Positions 9,286 through 18,662 of a stretch of 64,000 nucleotides of DNA are shown in pieces. How positions within the stretch are numbered: the stretch's first letter is position 1; every line of letters starts with the position of its first letter. Origin of the DNA: an uncultured Gammaproteobacteria bacterium (GTDB lineage: Bacteria; Pseudomonadota; Gammaproteobacteria; Steroidobacterales; Rariloculaceae); contig CAYXNS010000004.1 in the NCBI GenBank assembly GCA_964466315.1, positions 5,767 to 69,766 on the forward strand, given 5' to 3'. The notes under the pieces are model-generated. The model worked only from the letters and a program-made list of their open reading frames with translations. It ran no database searches and was not told where the DNA came from. The translations under genes and the position numbers were made by a program.

Positions 9286-10494
9286 CTACTCGTAGCGTAG
9301 CGCGTCGATCGGATCCAGGCTTGCCGCACGTCTGGCCGGAAGGATGCCGAAGAACAAGCCGACACCCAGACTGAACGTAAACGCGAGCATGACCGACTCG
9401 GGCGAGACAAACACGGCCCATCCCGCGGTCCGGGAAAGCATAACGGCGAGACCCCAGCCGGAAAGCACGCCCGCGAGGCCACCCATCATGCATAGCACCA
9501 TGGATTCGATCAGGAACTGCAGCAGTATGTTGAGCCGCGTGGCGCCGAGTGCCATACGGACACCGATCTCACGTGTTCTTTCGGTGACCGACACGAGCAT
9601 GATATTCATGATGCCGATTCCGCCGACGACCAGGCTCACACCCGCGATGCTCGCAAGCAGGAACGTGAATGTCTGCGTTGCCTGCTCGCGTGTCTCCAGG
9701 AATTGTTTTTGATCGAAGATTGCGAAGTCGTTCGCCTCTCCGGGTAGTATCCGGTGTTCGGTTCTCAAAACCCGCTCGATATCGACCATCGCGACCTCTA
9801 GCGGTATGCCATTCGCGACCCGGACACTGATCTCATCGAGGTCCTCCGAGCCCAGGACGCGCGATTCCGCCGTGCGTAACGGCATCAGTACACGTTCGTC
9901 GGGGCTGTTCCTGGCGGATCCCACTTCGGCCAGTACACCGATGACAGTGAAGGGAACCCCGCGGATTGTCACTTGCTGGCCGACGAGATCTCGGGGATTT
10001 TCTATCTCGAGTTGACCAGGTATTGCACCGCCGAATACGGCGACGCGCTGTTTAGATTCATCGTCAGCGCGGGAGAACATCTCACCGAACTCGACGTCGT
10101 AGCCATTTAGCTCCGTGTAGCCATCGGTCGTACCAACGAGGCGCAGATTGAGATTTCGGTTGCCATATTTGATCTGGCCGCGATCCTCGAGATTCGGTAC
10201 GACGAGGTCGAGGTAGTTCGAATCCTCTTCCAACGCCCAGACATCCTCTACGTCGAGCGTCAGTTGTTGCCGTGATACGCCACGTAGAAACCAACTCTGG
10301 GCAGAGATGCTCAATACGTTTGCGCCCAGCGCGTCGATCTGTTCCTCGACTGCTCTCTGCGCACCAGAGCCGGCGGCCAGCATCGTGATCACGGCGGCAA
10401 CACCGATGACGATACCGAGCATGGTCAAGACTGCACGGAACAGGTTTGCCCGAATCGACTGCAGGGCGACACGTAGAGTCTCACCGAATAGCAT
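9286..10494 (-). CDS. ABC transporter permease, MacB/FtsX type (permease only)
   Basis: 402 aa. N-terminal TM LFRAVLTMLGIVIGVAAVI, a large periplasmic domain, then a C-terminal FtsX-like 3-TM bundle ending ARRAASLDPIDALRYE. Confidence 0.85.
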   Translation of the reverse strand: MLFGETLRVALQSIRANLFRAVLTMLGIVIGVAAVITMLAAGSGAQRAVEEQIDALGANVLSISAQSWFLRGVSRQQLTLDVEDVWALEEDSNYLDLVVPNLEDRGQIKYGNRNLNLRLVGTTDGYTELNGYDVEFGEMFSRADDESKQRVAVFGGAIPGQLEIENPRDLVGQQVTIRGVPFTVIGVLAEVGSARNSPDERVLMPLRTAESRVLGSEDLDEISVRVANGIPLEVAMVDIERVLRTEHRILPGEANDFAIFDQKQFLETREQATQTFTFLLASIAGVSLVVGGIGIMNIMLVSVTERTREIGVRMALGATRLNILLQFLIESMVLCMMGGLAGVLSGWGLAVMLSRTAGWAVFVSPESVMLAFTFSLGVGLFFGILPARRAASLDPIDALRYE

Positions 10495-10503
10495 GCTGCG
10501 CTC

Positions 10504-11952
10504 CTACCCTGATTCCTGGTTCGTGACGCTGATGACTTGAGGTTCCATGTAGCCCTTGAGGCCGAGAACCGAGTGCTGTCGGCCTATGCCCGACTCTTTC
10601 GCGCCGCCGAATGGTACGTAGGCCGAGATGGCCCGATGTTGATTGACCCAGGCCGTGCCGACTTCGAGGCGTTGGGCGACCGCCTTGCCGCGTTCGGTGT
10701 CGGCTGTCCAGACCGAGCCACTAAGCCCATAACGTGTACCGTTGGCGCGTCGAACAGCGTCATCGATATCCCTGAATTGCAGGATCGGCACAATTGGGCC
10801 GAACTGCTCCTCGGTAACGAGCCGGTGGTCCTCGTCAATATCGGTAACGTACGTCGGTGGGAGGAAGTAGCCGGGCCGATCCGGTGTGTCGCCGCCCACG
10901 AGAATCCGTGCACCGCTCTGCTTAGTGTCCTCGATGATTTCGATGACCTTGTCGAACTGCATCTTGTTCTGTAGCGGCCCGAGATTGTTCTCCGGATCCA
11001 GGCCACTGCCATAGCGTGCAGATCGCGCCTCTTCGGTGAGAACTTCACAGAGTTCGTCATAGATATCTTCGTGTGCATATATTCGCTTGATAGCCATGCA
11101 AACTTGACCGCAATTCACGAAGCAGGCAAAGAACATCCTCTTGGCGATCGCTTTCGGGTCGGCATCCTCGAGTACGATGGCAGGGTCGTTGCCGCCCAAC
11201 TCCAGCGTCACGCGTTTCAATGTCGCAGCTGTGCTCGCGATCACTTTTTTTCCGGTAGCGACGGAGCCCGTGAACGATATCTTTTGCACATCGGGATGCT
11301 CCGATAGCTGTTGGCCGAGCTCGTCACCGCCGGCGAGTACGTTGACGACCCCCGGAGGAAAAATCTCCCGGGCCAACTCGCCCATCTTTAGTGTCGTCAG
11401 CGGCGTATACGGGGACGGCTTAATGACAACCGTGTCGCCGATGTATACGGCTGAGCTCAGCGAGCCCAACGCGAGGGCTGCGGGCGCATTCCAGGGTGTA
11501 ATGATGCCGACGACGCCGAGTGGTCGGTAGTGCAATTCGATGCGGTGCGTGTCACTCTCGACGAGAAGCTCGACGGGTATCTCGAGTTCGACCGTATCGT
11601 TCGCCTGCGTGAGGCAGGAGTCGAGTTCCGCGCGCGCCTGTGCGATCGGTTTGCCTTGCTCACGCACGAGCAGTTCGGCCAGTTCATCGTAGTGCTCAGC
11701 CAGGACACTCGTGTATTGCGTGACGAACGTCGAACGGTCTTCGTAACTGAGTCGACTCCAGGCCGGAAACGCCCGCCGTGCCGCATTCACGGCCTCATCC
11801 AACTGTGTCGCGCTAGCGGCCGGGCAGCGGCCGAAGACCTGTTCGGTGGCGGGATTGATGACATCGAGCCATTCGTCGCCCCCTACGAGCTCTCCGCCGA
11901 TCAACAGCGAAAAGTCGTCTCGAACGTCCAAGTTGTCCGCGCGTACGGCCAC
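10504..11952 (-). CDS. NAD(P)+-dependent aldehyde dehydrogenase
   Basis: 482 aa. FTGSVATGKKV, ELGGNDP, catalytic Cys context FVNCGQVCMA. Confidence 0.9.
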   Translation of the reverse strand: MAVRADNLDVRDDFSLLIGGELVGGDEWLDVINPATEQVFGRCPAASATQLDEAVNAARRAFPAWSRLSYEDRSTFVTQYTSVLAEHYDELAELLVREQGKPIAQARAELDSCLTQANDTVELEIPVELLVESDTHRIELHYRPLGVVGIITPWNAPAALALGSLSSAVYIGDTVVIKPSPYTPLTTLKMGELAREIFPPGVVNVLAGGDELGQQLSEHPDVQKISFTGSVATGKKVIASTAATLKRVTLELGGNDPAIVLEDADPKAIAKRMFFACFVNCGQVCMAIKRIYAHEDIYDELCEVLTEEARSARYGSGLDPENNLGPLQNKMQFDKVIEIIEDTKQSGARILVGGDTPDRPGYFLPPTYVTDIDEDHRLVTEEQFGPIVPILQFRDIDDAVRRANGTRYGLSGSVWTADTERGKAVAQRLEVGTAWVNQHRAISAYVPFGGAKESGIGRQHSVLGLKGYMEPQVISVTNQESG

Positions 11953-12074
11953 CAGAGATCTCTCTCAGCTCATCGGATGGCTATGATATCACTGGCCGGA
12001 CGCCATCCTGTGCGGCTTAAGGATTGTTAAGCTAGCGAATAAGGCCCCTTTTCTCGGCCCTTTGGTTCCCAGAG

Positions 12075-13157
12075 CTACGCCAGGAGATCGCGATCGATAG
12101 CGACGCTCTTGATAAGCGCATAGATAGCCTGGTTCGCAGCCAGGCCGAGGTCTTCTACGGCCTCGCGTGTCACGCTCGCGCGCAGATGCTGACCGCCGAC
12201 GTCGAGCAGCACCTCTGCGAAAACCTCCTCGATGATGTCGATCGAGAGAATCCTGGCGTTCAGAACGTTGCGTATGCTCAGGCCCTGTGGTAGCTGTGTC
12301 GCGAGCGCCACATCTCGTGCCTGAATGTGTAACCGCAGCTCGTTGCCCGGCTCGATAGCCGTACCCGGGATTCTTAGATTCTGCCCGGCAATGTCGAGTA
12401 TCGTCATGCCGTCTCGATGCGTTCCCGCCCGAGCTTTCAAAACGGCGCCTGCTTCGAGGTGGCCCGCTAAAGGCATGAGGTCGATCCGCTCCAAGACATC
12501 GATCGCATCGCCGTTGGCGGCGACCTGGCCCTGAGAGAGCAGAACGATGCGCGTGGCCAGGCGCGCAACTTCCTCCACGTTGTGTGTGACGTACAGTACC
12601 GGTAATCCGAAATCGAGCGGCAGCCGTTCGATGTAGGGGATGATCTCAGCCTTGCGCTTCGCGTCGAGTGCGGAAAGCGGCTCGTCCATGAGCATGAGTT
12701 TCGGATTGCGTAACAACGCCCGGCCGATCGCGACACGCTGTTGCTCTCCACCGGACAGCGACCGGGGTTGACGCTGTAACAATGCGTCCAGATCCAAGGC
12801 TTCCGCAACGTCCGCGAGTGTCAGGCCATTGAGGTTCATCGCTCGTCGCTCCGAGAAGCGAAGATTTTCCTCGACGGTCAGATGCGAGAAAAGCCTGCCA
12901 TCCTGAAACACGTAGCCCAGACTGCGCGAATGCGGTGGCACGAACTGTTGCCCGTTTCGGTCCTGCCAGACCGTGTCATCGAGCATGACTCGCCCTGAAG
13001 CATCCTGTTCCAATCCGGCGATGACACGCAGCAGGGTTGTCTTCCCGGCACCACTGGGGCCGAACAGTGCGGTGATGTTTTCCAGTTCGAGATCCTCGCC
13101 TACGCTCAGCGTGAAGTCGTCGAGGCGAAGATCGATATGCAGAGAAAGTGTCGCCAT
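12075..13157 (-). CDS. modC: Molybdate ABC transporter ATP-binding protein
   Basis: GPSGAGKTT, LSGGEQQRVAIGRAL, LMLMDEP, plus a C-terminal TOBE/Mop-like domain. Sits directly downstream of modB. Confidence 0.9.
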   Translation of the reverse strand: MATLSLHIDLRLDDFTLSVGEDLELENITALFGPSGAGKTTLLRVIAGLEQDASGRVMLDDTVWQDRNGQQFVPPHSRSLGYVFQDGRLFSHLTVEENLRFSERRAMNLNGLTLADVAEALDLDALLQRQPRSLSGGEQQRVAIGRALLRNPKLMLMDEPLSALDAKRKAEIIPYIERLPLDFGLPVLYVTHNVEEVARLATRIVLLSQGQVAANGDAIDVLERIDLMPLAGHLEAGAVLKARAGTHRDGMTILDIAGQNLRIPGTAIEPGNELRLHIQARDVALATQLPQGLSIRNVLNARILSIDIIEEVFAEVLLDVGGQHLRASVTREAVEDLGLAANQAIYALIKSVAIDRDLLA

Positions 13158-13160
13158 GAC

Positions 13161-13829
13161 CTAGATCCGATTGATCGGGATACGCCGATTGATGACGTAT
13201 ACGCTGAGAAGGACGAGAAACGAAAACGTCAACAGACCTGCGGACAGATAATGAGCTTGGGTGTAAGTGAGGGTTTCGACTTGCTCGTAGATGGCGATGG
13301 AGATGACTTTCGTTACGCCTGGAATATTGCCGCCGACCATGAGAACGACGCCGAACTCGCCCAACGTGTGCGCGAAGCCAAGCACGATCGCGGAGATATA
13401 ACCGCGCAACGCCAGAGGCGAGGCCACACGGAAGAAGGTATCGAGCGGGCTCGCTCCCAGCGTGGCCGCAGCCTCCAGCGGCGCTCGTCCTATGCCCTCG
13501 AATGCGGTCTGGAGCGGTTGGACCGCAAACGGGAAGGAGTAGATTACTGAGGCAATTACTAGTCCTAAGAACGAAAATGTCAGCGTCGTGCCCGTAATCT
13601 CCACCCAGAAACTACCGATCGGTCCGGTGGGGCCCAGCAGTATGAGCAGATAGAATCCGAGTACAGTCGGCGGAAGAACCAGGGGCAACGCGACGAGTGC
13701 TTCGACGATGGCACGCAAACGCGAACGCGTAAACGCTAACCACCATGCCAGTGGTGTCCCTAACAGCACGAGCACTATTACGGTCACGATCGCTAGCTTT
13801 AGGCTGATCCAGACAGGCCCGAGATCCAT
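13161..13829 (-). CDS. modB: Molybdate ABC transporter permease
   Basis: 222 aa, 5-6 TM, with the EAA-loop region EAAATLGASPLDTFFRV. Lies between modA and modC. Confidence 0.9.
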   Translation of the reverse strand: MDLGPVWISLKLAIVTVIVLVLLGTPLAWWLAFTRSRLRAIVEALVALPLVLPPTVLGFYLLILLGPTGPIGSFWVEITGTTLTFSFLGLVIASVIYSFPFAVQPLQTAFEGIGRAPLEAAATLGASPLDTFFRVASPLALRGYISAIVLGFAHTLGEFGVVLMVGGNIPGVTKVISIAIYEQVETLTYTQAHYLSAGLLTFSFLVLLSVYVINRRIPINRI

Positions 13830-13839
13830 GATCGTCGTC

Positions 13840-14595
13840 CTAATCTGCTACGCGGTAGCCGAAACGGCTTATTACCGTTCGGGATTCGGGGGCGGAAAGG
13901 AACTCAAGTAACGCGATCGCAGCGGTGTTGTCGGCGCCGCGTTGCAGCAGAATGATGTCCTGTCGAATCGGCTCATGGAATTCCTGTGGAACAACGAGAT
14001 ATGCGCCCGCGGCGCTCTCCGCTAAGACTTGAGAAAGTGCGACCAAGCCGAGTTCTGCATTGCCCGTCGTGACCATGGCATAGGTTTGAGCGACGTTCGT
14101 GCCATACACGAGCCGACCGCTCCACATTTCCCAGAGCTGCATCCTGACCAACGCCTGGCGGGCGGCTTCGCCGTAGGGTGCCAGGTCGGGATTCGCGACT
14201 GCGAGAAAACGCAGGCGCTCGTCGCGCAGAATGTTGAGATCTTGCGCCGCCAGCAATTCGGGGTCGGCACTCCAGAGGACGAGCCGACCCGAGGCGACCG
14301 TTGCTTGGCTCTGTTCCACACCGGCGCCGGACGCCCCGAGTAAGGCTGGCCGCCGCGAGTCCGCCGCGATGAAAAGGTCGTAGGGTGCGCCGTTGACAAT
14401 TTGTGCGTACAGCCCGCCGGTCGAGCCGCTGATCAGAGTGACGTCGTGACCGGTCTCCATCTCGAACTTCGCGGCGAGTACTTGCATCGTTCTGTGAAAG
14501 TTGGCCGCGACGGCGACGGCGACGGATTCCGCATAGCTCGATACGCAGCCCGTCAGTCCGGCTAGGATCAGCAGTATAAATCGTAACAATCGCAT
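13840..14595 (-). CDS. modA: Molybdate ABC transporter periplasmic binding protein
   Basis: The track ORF is over-extended to 14778. I place the start at ATG 14595 (MRLLRFILLILAGLTGCVSSYA signal peptide); 14610 is an alternative. The mature part (VAVAANF...LISGSTGGLYAQI) is ModA-like. Confidence 0.85.
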   Translation of the reverse strand: MRLLRFILLILAGLTGCVSSYAESVAVAVAANFHRTMQVLAAKFEMETGHDVTLISGSTGGLYAQIVNGAPYDLFIAADSRRPALLGASGAGVEQSQATVASGRLVLWSADPELLAAQDLNILRDERLRFLAVANPDLAPYGEAARQALVRMQLWEMWSGRLVYGTNVAQTYAMVTTGNAELGLVALSQVLAESAAGAYLVVPQEFHEPIRQDIILLQRGADNTAAIALLEFLSAPESRTVISRFGYRVAD

Positions 14596-14810
14596 GCAAT
14601 AAATCGACATCGATGAACATTCGATGTAGCCAGGCGTTGGGGTCGTTGTCAATCTGGAAGGTGCCAGTTCCCGGGAATACACATGGTATGCTCGATAGAG
14701 CCGTGGTGGCGACGCCCTGGGCCGCAGAGTCTTCCAACAGGCCTCGGGCGTATCGCTTCGAGGCTGCGTATATTGCATGAACGGACCGAGATCCGGCGGG
14801 AGTTGAAACC

Positions 14811-15395
14811 TTGACGAGACGCATCATAGTCGGCGTGACTGGCGCAGCGGGCTCGATCTACGGCGTACGAATTCTAGAGGAACTAAAGAACGTCGCCGAT
14901 ACAGAGACCCATCTGATCGTCTCCCGGGCTGGATTTCTGAACCTGGCGACGGAACTCGATATGCGGCGCAACGAGATCGAAGCTCTAGCCGATGTCGTCC
15001 ATTCCGATCGCGACATCGGCGCCAACATAGCCAGCGGCTCCTGCCGGACTGACGGCATGATCATCGCGCCTTGCTCGATGAAGACGCTGGCGGCCATCGG
15101 GACCGGGTTGACGGACAATCTCGTATCGCGCGCCGCGGACGTTGTATTGAAGGAACGCCGGCGCCTCGTTCTCATGGTCAGGGAAGCGCCGCTGAATCTC
15201 GTGCATCTGCGAAATATGACGACCGTGACGGAGATGGGTGGCATTATCTTCCCGCCGGTACCTTCCTTCTACGCGAAGCTCGAAAGTATCGACGCCATGG
15301 TGGACCAGAGCGTCGGCAGAGTCCTGGACTTATTCAGCCTGAACTCCGATCTCGTGCGGCGTTGGCAGGGTATTGATAAGTCCGCTACAGATTAG
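14811..15395 (+). CDS. ubiX: Flavin prenyltransferase UbiX
   Basis: RIIVGVTGAAGSIYGVRILEEL..., AADVVLKERRRLVLMVREAPL, colinear with E. coli UbiX along its full length. Confidence 0.95.
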   Translation: MTRRIIVGVTGAAGSIYGVRILEELKNVADTETHLIVSRAGFLNLATELDMRRNEIEALADVVHSDRDIGANIASGSCRTDGMIIAPCSMKTLAAIGTGLTDNLVSRAADVVLKERRRLVLMVREAPLNLVHLRNMTTVTEMGGIIFPPVPSFYAKLESIDAMVDQSVGRVLDLFSLNSDLVRRWQGIDKSATD

Positions 15396-15431
15396 AGACC
15401 TGGTTGGAGACTCGAACGCTGGCCTAGACGC

Positions 15432-15764
15432 CTACGGTCTGCAGGCTGCAGGCAGATAACGGTCCGGTGCGGTCGGTGCTGAGTAGGCGGCCGTATTGCC
15501 GCCGCCGGAAGTGCCTATGGGGCTCAGCCCTGCGGGGACCGGCGCGCGGCCGCAACGCCAGACAACACCGAGGTTATCCGTTTCGTAGGGTGTCATCGTG
15601 AAGGTCAGGCCGGTAATCTGGGTGCTTGTCGAAAAACCGTACGTAACGATGATGACGCCATCCGTTACGTCCACGCTCGTGACGTACTTCCCGGCAGAAT
15701 CTGCGGCGGTGCCCGCGAGACCGGCTGCTGCGCGGTCGCTCATTTTCACGAGTTGCCGTGGCAT
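15432..15764 (-). pseudogene. Type IV pilin C-terminal globular domain only (no prepilin leader or alpha1-N helix)
   Basis: ...AAAGLAGTAADSAGKYVTSVDVTDGVIIVTYG...VVWRCG...DRYLPAACRP matches the variable and D-region of type IVa pilins, including the C-terminal Cys pair. In frame upstream of the Met I read ...TTNRHHLTTRSGAAA, with no FTLIELMIV-type segment. Confidence 0.6.
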
Positions 15765-15787
15765 AGCCGCGGCACCGGAGCGCGTCG

Positions 15788-16282
15788 TCAGGTGGTGCCG
15801 ATTCGTCGTAGTTCCTGCGCTAGCGTTGCCGGGTCCAGGGTGTCGATCGGAAGCGTTGCGAACTCGGAGACTCGCCGTTCCAGAATCTCGAATGCATCAG
15901 CGAAGGCCGTGAGTTGATTTTCCACGGTGCCCCCCACGGCTGCAGGATCAGCGAGTCCCCAATGTGCGGAGCAGGGGCGGCCGGGCCACGCGGGGCAGGC
16001 CTCCGCGGCCGCCTGGTCGCAGACGGTAATGATGAAGTCCATCGGTGCCGCGTCGCAGAATCTGTCCCAGCTCTTGCAGCGTGGACCCGAACAGGGCACG
16101 CCTTTCGAGTCGAGTGTTTCGAGCGCGAGCGGATTGACGACGCCGGTAGGCTGGCTGCCCGCACTGAAACTCGAGAATCGTCCAGCACCTAGATCTGCGA
16201 GAAGTGCCTCGGCCATGATGCTGCGCGCGGAGTTCCCGGTGCACAGAAACAGGACCCGATAGGGTATCTCGACCGCAGTCAC
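15788..16282 (-). CDS. arsC: Arsenate reductase, LMW-PTPase (thioredoxin-coupled) family
   Basis: P-loop VLFLCTGNSARS, downstream Cys residues, about 164 aa from GTG 16282. The 295-aa track ORF is over-extended into folE. Confidence 0.85.
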   Translation of the reverse strand: MTAVEIPYRVLFLCTGNSARSIMAEALLADLGAGRFSSFSAGSQPTGVVNPLALETLDSKGVPCSGPRCKSWDRFCDAAPMDFIITVCDQAAAEACPAWPGRPCSAHWGLADPAAVGGTVENQLTAFADAFEILERRVSEFATLPIDTLDPATLAQELRRIGTT

Positions 16283-16326
16283 GCAGATTTCTCTAAAGGC
16301 GCCCGTCCCCCGCGACGAGTGGGGCA

Positions 16327-16911
16327 TCAACCGGGTAGATTGGCTCGGCCGATGATATTCAGGAACTCGGCACGGGTTCGGGGATCGGAGCGAAAATGCC
16401 CGAGCAACTGACTCGTTATCATCGCGACGCCGGGTTTGTGAATACCGCGAGTCGTCATGCATTGATGCACGCCCTCGACGACGACCCCGACGCCCTTGGG
16501 CTTCAGGACATCCTGGATACAGTGAGCGATCTGTGCCGTCATGGCTTCCTGAACCTGCAGGCGTCTCGAAAACGTTTCGACGACACGCGCTAGTTTGCTG
16601 ATGCCGACGACTTTTCTGTCTGGCAGATAGCCCACATGGGCCTTGCCGATAATCGGCGCCATATGATGCTCGCAATGCGACTCGAAGCCGATATCACGCA
16701 GGACGATCATCTCGTCGTAGCCGTCGACCTCGTGGAACGCACGGCGCAGATACTCTTCGGGGTCTTCCTTATAGCCGCTGTACCACTCCTCGAACGCTCG
16801 GACGACTCTTCCGGGAGTCGCTTTCAGGCCCTCTCGGTCCGGGTCCTCTCCTACCCAGCCCAACAGGACTCTGATTGCCTTTTTGGCTTCCTCTCTAGTC
16901 GGCCGGCTCAC
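16327..16911 (-). CDS. folE: GTP cyclohydrolase I
   Basis: [51 protein letters not shown]. Confidence 0.95.
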   Translation of the reverse strand: MSRPTREEAKKAIRVLLGWVGEDPDREGLKATPGRVVRAFEEWYSGYKEDPEEYLRRAFHEVDGYDEMIVLRDIGFESHCEHHMAPIIGKAHVGYLPDRKVVGISKLARVVETFSRRLQVQEAMTAQIAHCIQDVLKPKGVGVVVEGVHQCMTTRGIHKPGVAMITSQLLGHFRSDPRTRAEFLNIIGRANLPG

Positions 16912-17050
16912 GTCTTTTCCTTCTCGGATCCTCTAACTTCGCCCGATCCCGCGGTCATGCGAGGGCTGGCCAGTCTAAGGCCGGTCTGTGGCGGGTGCAA
17001 CAGGCGGGAGGCAGGAAAAATCGCCGATGCTGCTATGCTCCGCAGCAGTC

Positions 17051-18124
17051 ATGAGCACCCGGCGGATCATTCAGGCTTTTGAGGAGTGGCAGCAGACTCG
17101 CGAGCCGCTGGTACTCGCGACCGTCTACGAGACGGCCGGCTCCACCTACTCCAAGGCAGGGCAACGGATCCTGATTCGGGGCAACGGCGACTATCAGGGC
17201 CTGGTCAGCGGTGGCTGTCTCGAAGGCGACCTCGCCGAACGCGCCGCCGGAGTTTTCGGGACGGGTAGGCCGGCTGCCGTCACCTACGACATGCGGGACG
17301 ATGCCGACGATCTGTTCGGTCTAGGCGTCGGTTGTAACGGCCTCATCCGCGTGTTCTTACAGCCGCTGATGCACGCCGCCAGGTACGAACCCTTCGCATC
17401 TATTGCACGGCTGTTGCTAACGGATCAGTCGAGTAGCGTCGCTACGGTCATCGTCAGCGAGGATGTGTCTTTGGCGCCCGGAACGACCTTGATATGGGAT
17501 GGTAGTCCTGTCGAGGTCCAGTCATCGTCGGCGCCAGGCATCGAACGGCTTGTCGCCGGCTGCGAAGCCGTACAGGTTACGGGGCACGCACGTTATGAGG
17601 CCGGTGACGATGGCTTAGGTGTCTTGTATGTGCCGTTATGCCCCGTGACGAACCTATTAGTTCTCGGCGCCGGCCTGGATGCCGTACCCATCGTTGCTAT
17701 CGCCGTGGAACTCGGGTGGCGCGTAAGCGTCGGCGATCACCGCCCCAGCTATCTCGAGAAAACCGAATTCGTTGGGGCTGAGCGCGTCGCTCTCGTCGAC
17801 CCTGCGGTGCTCGGCAGCGAGTTCGTTGCCGACGACTTCGATGCTGTCATCGTCATGAGTCATCATCTTCAGACGGACCAGACTTATCTTGAGCAACTTG
17901 CAGACACCGACATCTCCTACATCGGCGTTCTCGGGCCACGTGCGCGCAAGGATCGATTATTGGACGCGCTGGGCGGGACCGGGAAGCAATTGGGCTCCAG
18001 ACTGAAAGGCCCGGTCGGGCTCGATATCGGCGCGGACTCGCCGGAGTCTATTGCGTTGTCGTTGCTCGCTGAGATTCACTTGCTACTCAAAGGCGCCGGC
18101 GGCGGCACGCTCACGGACGATTGA
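17051..18124 (+). CDS. xdhC: XdhC/CoxI family molybdoenzyme maturation (accessory) protein
   Basis: N-terminal XdhC_CoxI-like LATVYETAGSTYSKAGQRILI...SGGCLE, and a C-terminal Rossmann-like LLVLGAGLDAVPIVAIA. ATG 17051 is preferred over the track start at 16988. Confidence 0.85.
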   Translation: MSTRRIIQAFEEWQQTREPLVLATVYETAGSTYSKAGQRILIRGNGDYQGLVSGGCLEGDLAERAAGVFGTGRPAAVTYDMRDDADDLFGLGVGCNGLIRVFLQPLMHAARYEPFASIARLLLTDQSSSVATVIVSEDVSLAPGTTLIWDGSPVEVQSSSAPGIERLVAGCEAVQVTGHARYEAGDDGLGVLYVPLCPVTNLLVLGAGLDAVPIVAIAVELGWRVSVGDHRPSYLEKTEFVGAERVALVDPAVLGSEFVADDFDAVIVMSHHLQTDQTYLEQLADTDISYIGVLGPRARKDRLLDALGGTGKQLGSRLKGPVGLDIGADSPESIALSLLAEIHLLLKGAGGGTLTDD

Positions 18125-18662
18125 TCGCAGTCGTTCTGCTCAACCGGCGTTCACTGTCCTCATACATCTTGACGAGAAAAGTCCGGATCGCGGGCTCGGC
18201 TTCCTCCTGAGGGATCAACCCTTGCTGCACAATGACACTCGCGATATCCGCGGCTGTACGGTGCCCGTCTATCAGCGACATGATGAACGCATAGATTCGT
18301 GTCGACACGGCCTGAGTCTGGAAGGACGGCGACAATGGGGCCGGCTCATCATTGCTGAGCAGCCAGTCGGGTAGTGCTCGGTGCTGAGCCGGAAGTTTGA
18401 CGCTCAGCTTTTTTTGTGCTCGCCAGGTTACGATGCTTTCACGACGGGCGTGGCGGCTCGCCGGAGTCGCCGGCGAGGCGCACAACAATGGATGTCGTCT
18501 TCTCCTGGTCGGACATGGGGCTGTTGCCTCAGAGTGCCGTGTGCGAATGGCTGGCCTCTCCTGCCGGAAGCAGGTCGGGAACGATGGCTCTTCCGCAGAA
18601 CACTGTTGGGTGATATTCGGAGCCGAAATCGTAAACCATCTAGCCCCGGCGCGTACAATCAA
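18111..18662 (-). CDS. Hypothetical; only the C-terminal ~95 codons look coding (PqqD/RRE-like helix bundle); start unresolved, possibly a remnant
   Basis: The C-terminal ...FQTQAVSTRIYAFIMSLIDGHRTAADIASVIVQQGLIPQEEAEPAIRTFLVKMYEDSE resembles PqqD-type peptide-chaperone domains. The N-terminal ~85 codons are Arg/Pro/Cys-rich and look non-coding. The 3' end overlaps xdhC by 14 nt. Confidence 0.35.
   Translation of the reverse strand: MIVRAGARWFTISAPNITQQCSAEEPSFPTCFRQERPAIRTRHSEATAPCPTRRRRHPLLCASPATPASRHARRESIVTWRAQKKLSVKLPAQHRALPDWLLSNDEPAPLSPSFQTQAVSTRIYAFIMSLIDGHRTAADIASVIVQQGLIPQEEAEPAIRTFLVKMYEDSERRLSRTTAINRP

Noticed and set aside
14608-14626. Perfect palindrome CATCGA-N7-TCGATG just upstream of modA as a possible ModE operator.
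   Set aside because: It does not match the TATAT-rich ModE consensus I know. It overlaps an alternative modA start codon. No modE is in the window to support it.
15788-16675. 295-aa ORF suggesting a large protein spanning arsC and part of folE.
   Set aside because: Only the last 164 codons are ArsC-like. The upstream part is Arg-rich and overlaps folE in another frame. A GTG at 16282 gives a normal-length ArsC.
18296-18306. 11-mer TTCGTGTCGAC shared with the 31-nt IS-associated repeat.
   Set aside because: The match is short and lies inside the best-coding part of the PqqD-like ORF, with no flanking similarity. I treat it as coincidence unless a genome-wide search says otherwise.
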